Under the pieces are notes generated by a model. It was not told the origin of the DNA, made no database searches, and saw nothing but the letters and a program-made list of their open reading frames with translations. Shown piece by piece: positions 37,868 through 52,139 of a stretch of 64,000 nucleotides of DNA (position 1 is its first letter; the number at the start of each line of letters is the position of its first letter). This DNA comes from Lama guanicoe (taxonomy: Eukaryota): contig MU053365.1 of the NCBI GenBank assembly GCA_013239625.1, forward strand, positions 1,274,115 through 1,338,114. Reading direction: 5' to 3'. Both the position numbers and the translations under genes were made by a program.

Positions 37868-40800
37868 GCCAAACAAGATGAAACCAACCATGGAAGGCAT
37901 AGAAATACACTTGAGGACATTAGGAAAGGTAGATTTGGGGATGACAATAAAATATAATTCATTGCAAAAATGTAATATACTGGAAAACCTAAGTATGATT
38001 TTGGTAGATTGGGGAAGGAAGGGTTCAAGCGAGGGGTGAGACAACCTGTTAGGAAACAGGGGGTGAGAAATGAGTAAATGGCAGTATCCTGTCGCTTAAA
38101 CTGGAGTGAAATCTCAGGCTTTCATAAGAAGGAGGGTGACAGGGTCATGGATCTACATACTCAGGCACCAGTCACCCTCATTTCCTTGGTCACTGGGTTC
38201 AGACATGTGGTCTGGGCTCTATTATTTATTGGTGGTTTGTTTAGACTGGGGCCAGCCTCCCAGTTTGTCCTTAGGATGGATGTGCAGCAGTCCCCAAAGC
38301 CTTAGCAGGCCAATGACCAAGCCCCAGAGAAGCTCTGACATGAGGCCTAAGTTAGAGTAGGTGGGGTAGAAAAGCAGGCCCAGGCACCTTAATGCTGTCC
38401 ATCCTCTGCCATGAACTAGGCCATGCCTGGGCAAGCTATTCTCTGTCTTGGAGTCTCACATTTTCTCATCTCTCAAGCAAAAGGGTTGGACTAGAGCATC
38501 TTTAAGATTATTTCTAGCCCTAAATTTCTATCTCTACTCTAAACCTCTTACTGTGAAAATTCTTGTGGCTATATTTTGCCCTGAGAGGAGCATAGTATTG
38601 ACTGATAAGCTTAATTTGGGCCAATGAAGCATCCAAGCATGCACAGACCAGAGAGAGGAAAGAGATGATATACTAATTTTTACTTTCCCTTTCCCCAGCC
38701 CTTTATACAGAAATGTTGATATTGGTGACATTTTTAGGGAGCAGGAGCTGGCCAGTGGCCTCGAATTCTAATTCCCTGTAAGCCAGGGTGAAAAGGGGCC
38801 TTTCCAGAATGTCCCTACTGTCCCCTAAAGTGACTAATATCACATCCTGTTCTACTTTGACAGAAGGAAGGTTTAGAACAGGAATCATGGGGTCCCTAAA
38901 GAGGAGGAAGGGTATCACTGAATGGTGATGGAGAGCCCGGCCAGTGTCATCACACTTCTGCTGAGGACTGGTGGGGTGTGCTTTCTATTCTTTGGAAACA
39001 GAAGCTGTAGGAGGAAATAGCTTCATTGTGTGAAAACACACAACAATGCAACATTGTAGGAACATTGCCATTGAGTTGCACAATTCACACTAATACACGA
39101 TTTGGCTTTTTTTTCGTTATTGTATTAATATGAATAATATCATAAACAGTGATTTATTCCAGAAAGCTTATTAATTGACTGTGATGGTGAGGAACTGAAA
39201 ACCTTTTCCCTTCTCCTTCTATTAGAGGGTTGTTTTGGAATAAAAAAAAGAATCTAAAATGAGCTGATGGCACTCCATGCTGTGAGTAACTCCAGATATA
39301 AAAGATATTAAAGACATTAACAAATGGAATAAACTACTTCTCTGATTCTCTGTACCTTGGTTTCCTCATTCCTAAAATGGGAATAAATTTTGTGAATTTT
39401 GAAACCTTAAAACATATGTATAAATTTATTTAACATTAATAATCATGACATGGAAACTTAGTGGAATTAAAGGGTTAAGGCAGTTGTTCAAATAATTAAT
39501 CTCCTCCTGGGAGCTCACTTATTCAGCATGAGATTCTCATTGATTATTTGATTAATGCCAGCTATTTTATACGTACCTACTATATGCAGGATATTTTGAT
39601 ATAAACAGGTTTGTATTGAAAACAGTCATATGAACAGGGTGCATCACTCCATAGAAAACTCAAAGCTCTCAAATGAATTTTGGTCATATGGATTGAATTT
39701 CTCTTGAGCACTGCCAAGTATTTGGGAAATTCTGGTGCTAATCAACTTTAAGTGGGAAACTAAAGAAGGAGTTCTCCAATTTATTGTCATTAAAATAATC
39801 TTTCAGTTGGATACAAATGTCCATGTAAATTGGCCTCATTTAAAAGCCTAGAGAATAGTGTTTCATTAACTGTTAGCTGTAGTTTTGTATCATACAATGA
39901 AATTGCTCAATTTGGGAAGGGGGTGAAGAGTTGAAATGTATGAATGGCAGAATGAGGTCTCTTCATATGTGAGTGGTGCTTGGTGAGCATTTGAGAATGA
40001 ACTGAAGATGGAAGCAAAAGATGCTTGCAACAGTTTGTCCTTGCCTTGTCTGAATGAATGGTTGAGATGTGAGTCACAGGGAAGTAAGACTGTCCCCAGA
40101 TGAGGTAACTGAGGGCTCTCCCTGGGAAGGGGAATGTGGAAGGCAGTCCGAAAGAACATATTCTTAATCTTTTCATAAAATTCATCAGAACAATTGGACA
40201 GTCCGTTAAAAGTTGGCATGTTACCAGCCACATCTAGACATCCAGAGAGTCTAGTGCCATCAGTCACAGAGGACATTCTGTCCTAGACATCTAAGCCAAC
40301 ACCATGTAGCAGTCTCAGTTAGAGACTGAGAATGTGTTGGTGGGATGATGGCACAGGTTCTGCCGAGTTCTAGTCGTGAGTGTCTGTGCACCATATCCTA
40401 GGTGTTACTAGAACTATAACAGGAGACATTTAGAGACATTATTGAATCTCCTCATTTTATTGAAGAGGATGCTGGCAAACTGACTTACCCAAAGATGCAC
40501 AAAAAATCTGCTTCTTAGTCTAATGATCTTCCTATAATAAGAAATGGTTCGCTTTGACTCTTGCATGCCTTCCTTAAATATACCATGTAAGTTATTTGAA
40601 CTGTATGTCAGTATATGTAAGGAAAATCAATATGCAAGGAAGATCATTGCAACCACTGTGGCCTTGTAATAGCACTTTTCTTAGGCTGCTGTGTTGGTCA
40701 TAACCATATAGTAGCTTTATAAACGAGACCAGTTGTCATGGCTCTGTATGTGCCAATACTCTTCTACCAAATGCATTCTTTTCTGTTTATGTCACATCAC

Positions 40801-42704
40801 CTGAAAGGTTTTGGATTATAACTTCAGCAAAAGAGAAATGCCAAGGTCTCTGACCAGTAACTTCTAATCTGGGTCATATCAAAGGTCACATAATAATTGC
40901 CTGCATGTTCAGCATGCTCCCAATGGGAAAGAATAATAAGCACTGTCTGAAGGGTATTTTGTTTCTTGAACACATTCTTTCTACTCTAGCGGCTGTGGTG
41001 ATCTGGTAGGCTCCAGGGCTGAAGGCAAGGACCCACAATGATTTCTTCTTGGCAAAGAAGCTGCTACTACTTTTCCCCATGTGCACTTACCTGTTCCCAA
41101 ATGATATCCCCTCTTGGGCTTCCCACGATTGCCCCATCCCCTTCCCTCTCCCATGGGACCATCACTAGCCTTGAAAGGTGTCTGTTGTATTACATAAGTC
41201 CACAGTGACACAGCAGCCTGGATTCAGTTCCCAAACAGCTGCTTTGATTCAGGAAATACTTGTCAGAACACAGACTCAGCTTAGAGTTGTATGGGATGAA
41301 TGGATTACAGGAACAAGCCTTCTGTTCATTTGCCAAGTTTACAATCCATAGGCACAGAATACTTTGAAACACGTGTTGACTGTTTGGAGATGTATGTTAG
41401 TTATATGCTGCAATTCATGGAAGCTTCCTTCCTTCCTTGTAACACCTCAATTGTCAGACTTTGATAGGAAATAAGCTATTTCACATATGTGAGTTATTCA
41501 GGTAGCTGGATGCTACCCTGTAAGTACCAAAGCTTGGTTTATTTTGGCCTGTCTTATGGCCAGATTACTTAAATGAATTGTACATTCCCCTAACTTCTGT
41601 ACTGAACAGAATAAACCATATTGGTCTTTTCCTGAAAGCTTAAGGGTGAATATGAGCTTCAGTGATTTTATTGTGTCCTGACACAGTGCTCTCCTCAGGA
41701 ACTATTAAGGTGATGGGACAACTCATCCCTATACTCAATGGTCCCAGCCTGTCACACTACATGAATTCTGGTACCTGCTTTGGAAAGTTCTTTCTCTATC
41801 TTGTTTTCATTACTTGGGGATGCCAGTTGCAATCATCTCTTCCTTTTTACATCTTCTCCTTGCCTGCATAATCCCCCTGCACTCCCCATCTCCCCAACCC
41901 TACAAGGCCCATTTCTTAGTTTCCTACAGCTGACATGCTGTGCACTGGGAATCTACACCCGTGCATGTTAGAGTTATGTGTGCCAGGAGAGGGAATGAAC
42001 AGATTTCATAAGGTCACTAATAGGAAGGAAGAGTGGGAACAGAGCATGTGAATGTTGACACCACTCATTTGAATCCTCAGGGGTTCTTTTGGTTTCCTTC
42101 TCAATTCTAAGCTGTGTCCTAGATCAGTGTTGTTCACACTATTTATTACTGCAGGGGCCCTAGGAAGCGATGCCAGAGGTGACTGAGAAGTGTGTGTATG
42201 TGTGTGGGTATAAGCATGATTGCAATGGTTGTAGTCTTAGGTGTTAGAGTCGTGGATTGTGTCAGAGGGAGGCCAGTGACCACAGTTGGCCTCCCTTCTA
42301 ACCAGAACAGTATTCCTTTACATTATCTCATGCATTGAAGGTATTAACAGACATACACAATGACAAATATAAAAACAAAACAAAATGAAAGCAACAACTA
42401 CAAACAAAATACAACTTCTCTTCCTTTAAAAAAAAGAGACAAATCTGGATAAGTAAGTAATGTGGTAGCATAATTAAGCAAGTGCTTAGTAATCCTCTCC
42501 CAGAACATGCTTTCTAGCCTTGTGTTATCATGGGTTGGGAAGGCATTTAACATTTTTTTGGTAGTTGGAAACCATCTTGTCCAGAGTTTAACTTACTATT
42601 GGAGATGAGAGGCACAACATTTTAAAATTGGTTATAGAATTCTGGTTTTACATAAACTGCACATTTCTTTTTCCTATGTGAGTTGAACAGTAGAGTGTGC
42701 TTTA

Positions 42705-43010
42705 AAACAGTGAAGTCCAATAGAAATATAATGTGAACTATATATGGGATTTGAAGTGTTCTAGTAACCACAAAAAAGTAAAAATAACTAGGCAAAAATA
42801 ACTTTAATAATTTTAATCTTTTATTTAACCCAGCATATCCAAAATATTTTCATTTGAATGTATTATCAGTATAAAATTATACTGCTTCAGCTTTTAAATT
42901 TAAATTCCTTAAAATGATGTAAAATTAAAATTTCAATTTCTCATTCACACTAGTTACATTTCCAGTGCTCTGCCACGTGTCTAGTGACTACTATATTAAA
43001 TAGTATGATT
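42705..43010. mobile_element. MER33 hAT-Charlie MITE
   Basis: gtccaatagaaatataatgtgaac...ttaacccagcatatccaaaatatt...gccacgtgtctagtgactactatatt. Confidence 0.75.
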
Positions 43011-43624
43011 TTAGAACATTTTTAATACATTGAAAATGTTCAGCAAAGATTGGCCAGCCCTTTCATGAGAAGAGCTTAAAGCAAAACCTCATTAATTTGA
43101 GCTCTGCTAGTTTGGAATTTATGATAATTTTATCAGAGTTCAACTGAAGTTTACAATCTGATCTCTCTGTGGAGAAAGGTTTTACTTGGCACATTCACCG
43201 TATAAATCAGATCACAGGAGGCATGTTTAATCCACTTAAGAGTATTAAGTATTTTGTGGGACTTTAGCACAACATTTATGCATGCAAAAATATTTGCTAT
43301 GCACAGCAGAGTGTCCTATATTAAAGGTCATTTAACAGGGCGACCTCTCCTTTGGGACAATTTGTTAGCAGTTAGTTATTATTACACTATTTTAAAATAA
43401 TTTATAGAAGTCAAATTTTCTCTGGGATTGTCTAAAAATTTGACTTGTCAGTATTTCAGATAATTATTTCCTAAATTAAGTAAAACTTCACAGATAGCAT
43501 ATATGTCAAACTTAAATATAAAAATAGCAAAGAGCTTTGCTGCAAGGTGATAATATCTTTCTCACAGGGTAGTGAAGTTAAAATGAGAGAAGGCACTTCA
43601 TAAATTAAAATGTTTCATGCATGT

Positions 43625-44620
43625 TATTTATTCATTAAGAATTTATTTACTAGCTGTTATAAGCCAAGCTTTGTGCTAGATGGTAGGGCTATAGCTGTGA
43701 AACGGATGGGCAGACATGATCCTGCTCCTCATGGAACTTACAAGCTGGTGGTGACAGTCAAATAAACAAGCAATTTAAGTAGGGGGCGATAAGCGATATG
43801 ATAGGGGAAGCACCAGTTATCTAGAAAACATATAGGAGAGTCACAGAACCCAGACTAGTTGAAGAGGATGGTCAGGGAAGCCTTTCTAGAAGAAATGGCA
43901 TCTAGGCTGAAACCTGCAAGTTAATTCGGAATTAGCCAGGTGAAGGAGTCGACTGAGTGGGAAGACTGCTCCATAAAGAAGAAACAACATCTGCAAAATC
44001 TAAGAGGTGAAAGGGAGAGCGTGAATCAGTCCTGGAACTGAAAGTAGTTCTGTGCCACTGCAGTAGGGAGTGCAAATGAAAGAAGGTGCCATGAAGAATG
44101 TGAAGAGACCACTAGGAACCAGATCACAAAGGACCTAAGGAGGTTGGACTTTATTTTATCCCAAGGACAATGGGTGACCATTGAAAGGTTTTATGCAGGG
44201 AAGTCGTATGGTCCTGTAATGTTATGGGAAGATCACTTTGGCTGCTGCGTGAAGTAGGGGCTGTGGGAGGGTGAGAATGGAAGCCATGAGATCAGTGAGG
44301 CCCTGGCTGGAGACAGTGGGGGTCTGAACCAACGGAGTGGGGGAGGGAGGCAGAATTTGATAGATATTTAGGAGGTGAAAATAATAAGCTTTAATGATTG
44401 ATGGGCTATGAGGGGAGAGGGACAAGGAAGAGCGATGTGGGCACCTGGGTAAATGGTACTACCTGCCATTCACTAAAATATGGAAAACTGCCGGTGGAGC
44501 AGGTTGTCGTGAGTGTATTGGTGGGCTGGGTAGGATGACAGCACGAGGTCACTTGTGGCCGTGCTGTGGCTGATGTCCCATCGGCACTCTAAGTAGGGAT
44601 GTCCTACAGTCAGTTGAATT
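43625..44620 (-). mobile_element. L2 LINE 3' region
   Basis: ttatttattcattaag...ccaagctttgtgctag...gtcagggaagcctttctagaagaa...gaagatcactttggctgctg...gagatatttaggaggtgaaa. Confidence 0.85.
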
Positions 44621-45377
44621 TGTGTCTGCTGGGATATCCTGGCCTTTGAAATTTAAGTGGAAATGATTCAAACCCTATTCCACATGCAGTGGGAATTCTA
44701 CATCCTTCCCGAAGTCTCTACAGGTTCTTGAGGGGTGATTAATGTTTTTCCTAATTGCCTCTTGACCTCAATTCTGGTCCTGCTTAATGAGTTCAGTTGA
44801 TGGATCATTTTCCTGTCCTGGTTCTGTGCCACACTTTCCCAGCTGTTGAGCTGAGTTACTTTCCTTAATTTTCACAACACCCAAACCAAAAACCCAGTCA
44901 CACAAGGCCATTGTGTGTGCACAGCAGGTGTGACTAATGATTTGTAGAGATGAAAGGGATTTGGGTGGCAGCACTGCAGTACAATTTAAAAATGAATAAC
45001 CATCATCCTTGTGCTTAAGCCCTTGGCCAACCTGCCAACCTGGGCTGCAACTTCCTCCTGAATTGCTTTGCCCTCTCTAGTTACCCTGTCTTAGCACCTC
45101 CTAGCAACAGAAACAAACAAACCAAACCAAAGCAAAACCAAGCTTCCCATTATATTATGCAAAATTTCTTTGTATTTCCTTTCCTCAAGGCATCTTCGCA
45201 TATCCAAAGATTCATAATGTAATCTGCTAACAGTGGTATGTATTTTCTGGGTTCTCCCTGACCTTCCTCCCCTACCTTCCCCATCCACCACATGTTTGTG
45301 TAGAGAAGGAGGGACATGAGTTACTTCACCACTGATATGAATGATACCCCCAGGAGGAAAATGGCCACAGTTAGTTT

Positions 45378-45601
45378 TCATTTTTTTATTGAAGTATATA
45401 TAGTTGATTTCCAATGTTGTGTTAGTTTCAACTGTACAGCAAAGTGATTCAGTTATACATATACACATATATTTTTCACAGTCTTTTCCATTATAGCTTA
45501 TTACAAGATATTGAATATGGTTCCCTGTGATACACAGTAGGTCTTTATTGTTTATTCATTTTATATATAGTAGTGTGTATATATTAATCCCAAACTCCTA
45601 A
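45378..45601 (-). mobile_element. Short LINE-1 3' UTR end, artiodactyl type
   Basis: ttattgaagtata..tagttgatttccaatgttgtgttagtttc..tgtacagcaaagtgattcagttatacatata; similar to 3' UTRs at 36.4 kb and 63.7 kb. Confidence 0.85.
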
Positions 45602-46954
45602 ATTTTGATTTTAAATATCCATATATTTCCCTTCATTATATGAGTCTGGTTCTTGAGAGTAGGCTGAAGGTAGATGTTTGGCAGTCAATAATAGACAGCT
45701 TCTACTTGAAGCAGTAGGAGTGCATCTGATCACCCAAAGACATGAAGTGAGAAGAGAAGGTGGCCTCGGATGGAAACTTGGTATCCACCAATGTTTAAGC
45801 CTTCAATTTTAAGGTGGCCACAGAAGAAAAGACCCTACAAGGGGACTGAGGAGGGTAAAGAGGCAGGAGGAAAAGTAGCATACTGTGTTGTCATGAAAAC
45901 CAAGGTAAGAGAGTACTATTTCTTGTTAGGAAGGAGACAGAATCTGGATTGTGTGTCTTTGTAACCCAGTGCCTGTCAGAGTGCCTGAAGTATACTGAAT
46001 ACTCAATGAAGATTTGTTGAACTGGAATGGGCAACCTTGCTAATCTGGCTTCTACTCTCTTATGGTCAACACAGCAGCTGCTGAATTCTTTTCCGTATGT
46101 TTCAAGTCTCCAGTGTAATCCTCCCTTTCCTGCCCTCATTGAGCTACCTAACTTGAGATTGTCTGAGCAGTGTTCCTTCAATTTCTTTTTTCTTATGCTT
46201 GCAGCTTCCAACTCATGTCTCTACCAGCACCCTCTCTGCCTCAACATTTCTTTGTCCTCCTCTTCTCTCCCTTGTGTCTTGGAGATAAAGATGGCCCTTC
46301 TCTACACTGTCTACCTTCTCTACACTGTCTACCAGCTATTGTCCTTCAAGGGAGCTCTGATCTGTGATTATGAGAAGCTCTAATGGTCAACTAGCCTAGA
46401 TAAAGAAAAATTATGAACCTAATTTTCATTAAATGCTATTGGGTAAACAGTAGCTTTCAAAACATTGCCTCCAAGGTAGTGGTGCTGGTGAGGGGAGAGA
46501 AAAATGAAAAAGGCTCATGGTCATGAAAAAAATGGGAACTTCTGGTCCATTTACCCTCTTAACTTGCTTTCAACTTGAAACTTCCAGAAAGAGAACTATA
46601 CTTGCAGTTCCAAACTTTCACAACTTACTTGTATTTAACCCCTTGTAATTGGACTTTCTCTGTTGTAAGAACTGCTCTTCTAAGGATTTGACTTGCCAAG
46701 TCAGTGGGTTGTTCCTCAGATCTGATCCACCTCATCTGATTTACAGTATTTGATACTGTTAGCCACTTTTTTGCTTCCTTTGATCCACTGATATTCCTTT
46801 CAATAGCTTCTCATCTCTTTCCTACTGTTTCTTATGGGATCTCATCATTCTCTAATGTCCTTTCTAACTAGAGACTGCCTTTTGATCTCCAAACTGTACT
46901 TTGAGCTGTCTGCTGAGCATCTAAATCTGAATAGTAATTTTAAAGTACATATCT

Positions 46955-47355
46955 AAAAATAAATTCACATACTACTTGATTGGATCCTGCTTTTTAAAAC
47001 AAGCTATAAAAGACATTTGTAAAATTGGGTACATTTGAATGTGGACTAAAGTTGATACTAGGAGATTATTTTTAATTTTTTAGGTATGGTAAGAGTATTA
47101 TGGATTCGTAAGAAAACAACCTTAGAAGAAATATATTGAAATATTGAGAGGTAAAGCATCATGATATCTGCAACTTACTTTTAAATAGTTTAGAAAAATT
47201 CACAGATAAACATACGCTCAAAGTATGAATAGAGACAAAAAGCAAATATAACAAAATGGTAAAAATTGTTGAATCTAGATGGTTGCTATACAGAGATGCT
47301 CGTTGTATCATTCTGTAACTTATTTTTGTATATTTGAAAAATTTAATGATAAATA
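46955..47355 (+). mobile_element. Old L1M 3' UTR fragment
   Basis: ttgattggatcctg...ataaaagacattt...gaaatatattgaaatattgagaggtaaagcatcatgatatctgcaacttactt. Confidence 0.65.
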
Positions 47356-47790
47356 ATTAGGCAAAAAAGTTCATAATCTCCCCATTGGTCCCAAACCAGC
47401 TCGTCCTCCTGATTTCCCTGTATCTGAGAATGGTGCCGTGGTCGGCAGCATAGTGGACACCTATGGATTGCTTGCTCAGCACTCCTTTTCTGGGAAGCAC
47501 TTCTCTCTCAGTCCTCCACGTGGCTGCACAATGACATCCTGTGTTGAGTGGCCCCAAACACACAACCAAATCTTCACCAATGAATCCCTTCTCTTGGATT
47601 TTTGGATTTGGGACTCAGAGGGCCATCTGATGGCTGAAGCTGTAAAGATGTAAAATGTAGGAGCTTTGGTTGCCAGGTTTTTTCATCGTGTGAAAATGAG
47701 TTTGCAGTGAGACAAGACTGAAGCAGATGAGGAAAGAAAGCCAGAAGCAGGGAATGGAGGGAGGGTCCTACAGACCTCTTCTCTTGTGGG

Positions 47791-50222
47791 CCATAATATT
47801 TTTGATTGAGGAAAGTCAATGTCCACGGGTGCTGAGGTATCTGGTAAGTTGAGAGCAAATGCTGCTAAATGGAGGTTAATCTCAATACTTATTTTTTTCA
47901 TGTTTAGTTTTATAAATGTTTTAATCCAAAATTTTCACAGGTACTGACATTTTGTCTGCAATCAGAGATGCTTTCTTCAACAAATATTTTTATTTATGTT
48001 TTTGGGGAGGGGAGGTAATTAGATTTATTTATTTATTTTTGGAGGAGGTACTGCAGATTGAACCCAGGACCTCGTGCATGCTAAGCATGTGCTTTACCAC
48101 GTGAGCTATACACTCCCCCAACAAATATTTTTATAAGACAAAACTTGCCAAATAAGTTGTCTTGAATTTATGATTTTTAAAAATTCTTTGCCAATTTTCA
48201 ATGGTGCAAAGTCATAGGCCTTCTTGATTTCATTTCATTATGGTTCAGAATGTGTATTTATCCAATTAAAAAAGGAACTCCTTGAAAAACTCTTTTCACA
48301 AATAGGAATAATCCAAAACACAATCATAGAATTTAAAAATCAAAATTTGCACACCGTAGGCACTGGCATTGTTTGATTTGTTTCCATCCCTTACTTGCTT
48401 TTGTAGAAATATATTTTAGTGTCTATTGCAAACTTCATTTTCAATTAATAGAAATTGTTACATTTCAAAAGATTAAGTTTTTATCAATCCACTTTAAAGA
48501 CCCTGTTAAGATTTTTAAATGATTTTGAACAAAATGCAACCAAAATTTAGATAACTAATTTTTTTAAAAAGTTCAATTTTATAGGATACTTAGGTTGATT
48601 TAAAATGGTTCTTCAAAGGCTCAAAAATGCCTAAAATCTAACAGATGATGGTCATCAAAGTGAGAACGCATGACGTTTTGGTATTCAAATTAGCTTCTTG
48701 ATGAAAATGTAGTTGCCTTTTGTACCTGTGTATGTGTAAAAATATTTGTACATTTTGTCAACTACAGCTTCTGTTTCAGGTAGGAGACATCCAACTGCTT
48801 TTAGTGTACACAGGAATTATGTGTGCAACACAAATAAATCAAAGTACATTTCTGCTCCATAAGTTTCTTCTTAAATTAGTAAAAATATTTCTACAGTGAC
48901 ACTATGCCTCACTTAGGTTTTCTATTTGTATTACACTCAGAAAAATTTTCTGTTCATTGTTAAAACTTTTAATTGAATTTAAAAATTCACAACAAAGTCG
49001 ATGTTTCACCGGAATTAACTTCCATGGGTTTACTTTGATTCCATGAATTGGAAGAAAGAGATCAATAATCATTGTATATTCTATTTGAATCACTTGATGG
49101 CCCAGATGTAATTAACATTTTTAAACTCTTTGGGAAGTTCTCCTGCTAGTAGAACCAATATATTAACAATTGTAGCTTCACTTGTCCTCAAAATATTAGG
49201 AAATTTGGAATGAAAAATGAATTAAAGTAGTCATTTGATCTAAATAAAAATCATTTCACAGAGTAATATGTAAGTCGGCCTTCTGCAGCTGCATGTTTTC
49301 TTTGGACAGATTCTTCTTAAAATAACCACCATCTTTTGAAGAAGATACTGATGTTTCTTCAGCATATTTGTGTCTTCTGGTTGTCATATGGGCACAGTGA
49401 TAGCACTTTGGCTCCCATGGTGGAGAGTAAATGCCAGTAAGCATATTGTGCAAGCTTCCCATTCATCATCAATTGTCTTCAGAAATGGAAATTTGGTACT
49501 ATTTTTTGCATTAAATACGTAGTTTAATATTTTGAGTATATTCTTGCCCCAAAGGGCTCTTGTAAAATAAAAAAGCATTACCAAACAATAAAATAAATAG
49601 TTGTATGTTTATATTGAACAGTAAACAACAGAGCCACTGTAGCAAATCAATCAGACTGCTCTCCCTGTGCCCTGCGGCAAGGCCGCTGTCTAGTCCGCAT
49701 TCATGTACACGTACGTATCCTGCTCTCGGCAACTTGCAAGTCAAGGCCTGGGCCACAGCACAGTTGGCTGGCACAGCAAATGTCCAGCTAGGGCAACAGA
49801 GACAAATAATGCCCCTATTCTACCTGAAGCCAGAAGGAGATAGCTATTACTAGTTCCTCATATCAGAGAGCACTTCATTTCAGAAGTGATTGTGCTTCAG
49901 TACGACCTTGAAAGGAAAGTGTTTGCCGTGGATCAGCAGAAATGGTTATCTTTTTATTCGGTTATCTTTTAGATCTAACAGTGTGTTAAAGTGAGCACTC
50001 TGCACTAGACATGCCTCTGACACACTTTGACAGGAAATCGTGGCAGAAATTGGATCCACAAAATTCAGGGTACCAAACACATCATGGCTTATTTTAATGA
50101 AACCATTAATATTAATGATTCATTAAAAAAATCACCAGGACAAATGTTAAACTAAATGGGATTCTGGGACAATAGGCATGTACGAGAACTGTTCTGGACA
50201 GCTGGGACATATGATTACCCTA
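47791..50222 (-). mobile_element. hAT Blackjack-type DNA transposon with decayed transposase; 3' terminus missing
   Basis: 5' terminal TAGGGTAATCATATGTCCC (minus strand, begins at 50222); zinc-finger-like CTIC...H..HMTTRRH (49.3-49.5 kb); FLPIHGIKV (49.05 kb); hAT dimerisation-like FALNLPDTSAPVDIDFPQSKILW (47.8 kb). Confidence 0.8.
47994..48118 (-). mobile_element. tRNA-Ala-derived SINE, camelid vic-1 type, nested in the hAT fossil
   Basis: Same body as 9617-9744; perfect 16-bp TSD caacaaatatttttat at 47978-47993 and 48119-48134. Confidence 0.9.
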
Positions 50223-52139
50223 TGGTTGTCTCAGTTTAGGAAAACCTACACATTCACAGATGATCTGTCACTCCTTTAAACTTACATCCTACTTTGCCTT
50301 TTCAATCTTCTTCCTCCACAAACTCTAAGATCCTTGAGAGGATGGACTAAAATTTGTTTCTGCTTGAGGTCCCTGTAGCCTCTCACATCCAGCTCTTTCT
50401 TAGTAAACATAATTCATTGATGAGTCATCTCTTTGGAAAAGGCAGCTTGACAAAGTAGATTTGAATAGCCTGGTCTTAGCTTTATTACTTACTAGATGTG
50501 TGACCCTTGAAATTTCTTCAGCTTCCCCATCTGTAATTAGGGACCAAAAAGCTTATCAGTGAGCTAAATTATTTGTTGTTGACTAGCTTCATTCCCACCA
50601 CTTTCTAAAGTTTCTCTGGCTCACAGGGTTTAAACTTGGAGCAACATTTCATAGAATTCCTTTCCAGCATGAGTCTGGTTATAACCATTCAGTGGGAGGG
50701 ACTTGTGTGAATTTTAAAAGCAAAAGAGATGGAGAACCTGGATCAGCAGCAGCTTCTCTTGGCTTTTGGATTCCTCTTGAGACTCCCCCACTGAAGTGTT
50801 GTAGCAGCTGAGATCATCATAGTGACCTCCTTAAGATCTGTGCACTTTTGGGTTTCCTAACTATCACTCCCCTAGTCCTTCTAAAGGTTACAAAGCTTCT
50901 AATTCCCTATATTCAACCTTTCCATTTAAAATGCAGAGTAGCTCTCTTTTCCTGATAAGCTGTAACTGATACCCAGAGTAGTTGTAAGGATGAAATTATG
51001 TACTACAGGTAAAGCATTCACCGTGGAACCCCACAGGCACCAAATAGATGCTCTGTCAACAGTAGCTGTCCTTATTGTTATTATCATCAGTAGGATGTCT
51101 TCATTTATTCTGTTGCTCATCTTATCCCAGGACGAAATCTTGTGCTCTGTCTTTATACCTTTGAATCCATTCTCTGCCCAGAAGCCTGTAAAGTGTGGCG
51201 ATTGGAAAGGCTATTTTTTGCTGTCCATGGCTCCTACCTGCTCCATCCCTGACAGTTGTTGGCCCATAGTTCTCTTCCTTGATTGCTAGCATAGTAGGTC
51301 CAGGTATAGAAGTTTCGTAAAGATGAGGTCTGAACTTTAATTTAGAGGAGGAAAGCAGTGGGATAAGGAGAGGAAAGGATCTTCTGATGAGTGAGAAACT
51401 GATGTAGTTAGACAGCCAGCGAGGGAAGGGATGACTGTACTTCATCCTGGTGCTAAAATCCACCTAATTCTCAAATAACTGTTTCAGACTGATTTGTGAT
51501 GACAGTGCCCTGTCATCAGGGGAGAACGGGTGCACTGCCTCTCCTTGTTCCCATTACACAATTTATGAATTATTTTTTAATATTCGTATCCACCTCCCAC
51601 CAATATAGATGTTAATAAGATAAAGACAGAGAATAATACTTGTTCTAAACCCTCACATTCCCACTCCTCCCTTCTTCATCGCCAGAGGACCACCTGGAAC
51701 TATAACTCTGCTCTCCATCATTTGAGTATATTAAGAGAAATGCGAGGATTAAGAGAGTTGGCCTCTTTAGGCCTGCTTTTCTGTTTGTCAAATGATGCAA
51801 GACAAATTTCTCTTTCGAGAAACCCCAGGCATGTGCCAGTACCTATAGCGTGGTAGCATAGTGTGGTGGAAATAGATCTGAGTTCTGAACCTAGCTATGA
51901 TACCTCAGATAATTCATTTCTCTTTTCTGGAACAGATTTATTTATGTGTAAAATAGGGAGTTATATAGATCTGTTCCTCAGGGTTAGGGACAATATCCTG
52001 TAATCAAATGCATTAATATCTCTGCAGCAAAGTGTATGAACATTCACAATGAGTGAGATAGATACTATAAATAGCCTAATGTCAGATCAGGTTAGATTTT
52101 TGCCTTTTGGAGGAAGGAACATTTTTTGCTGACAGAATG

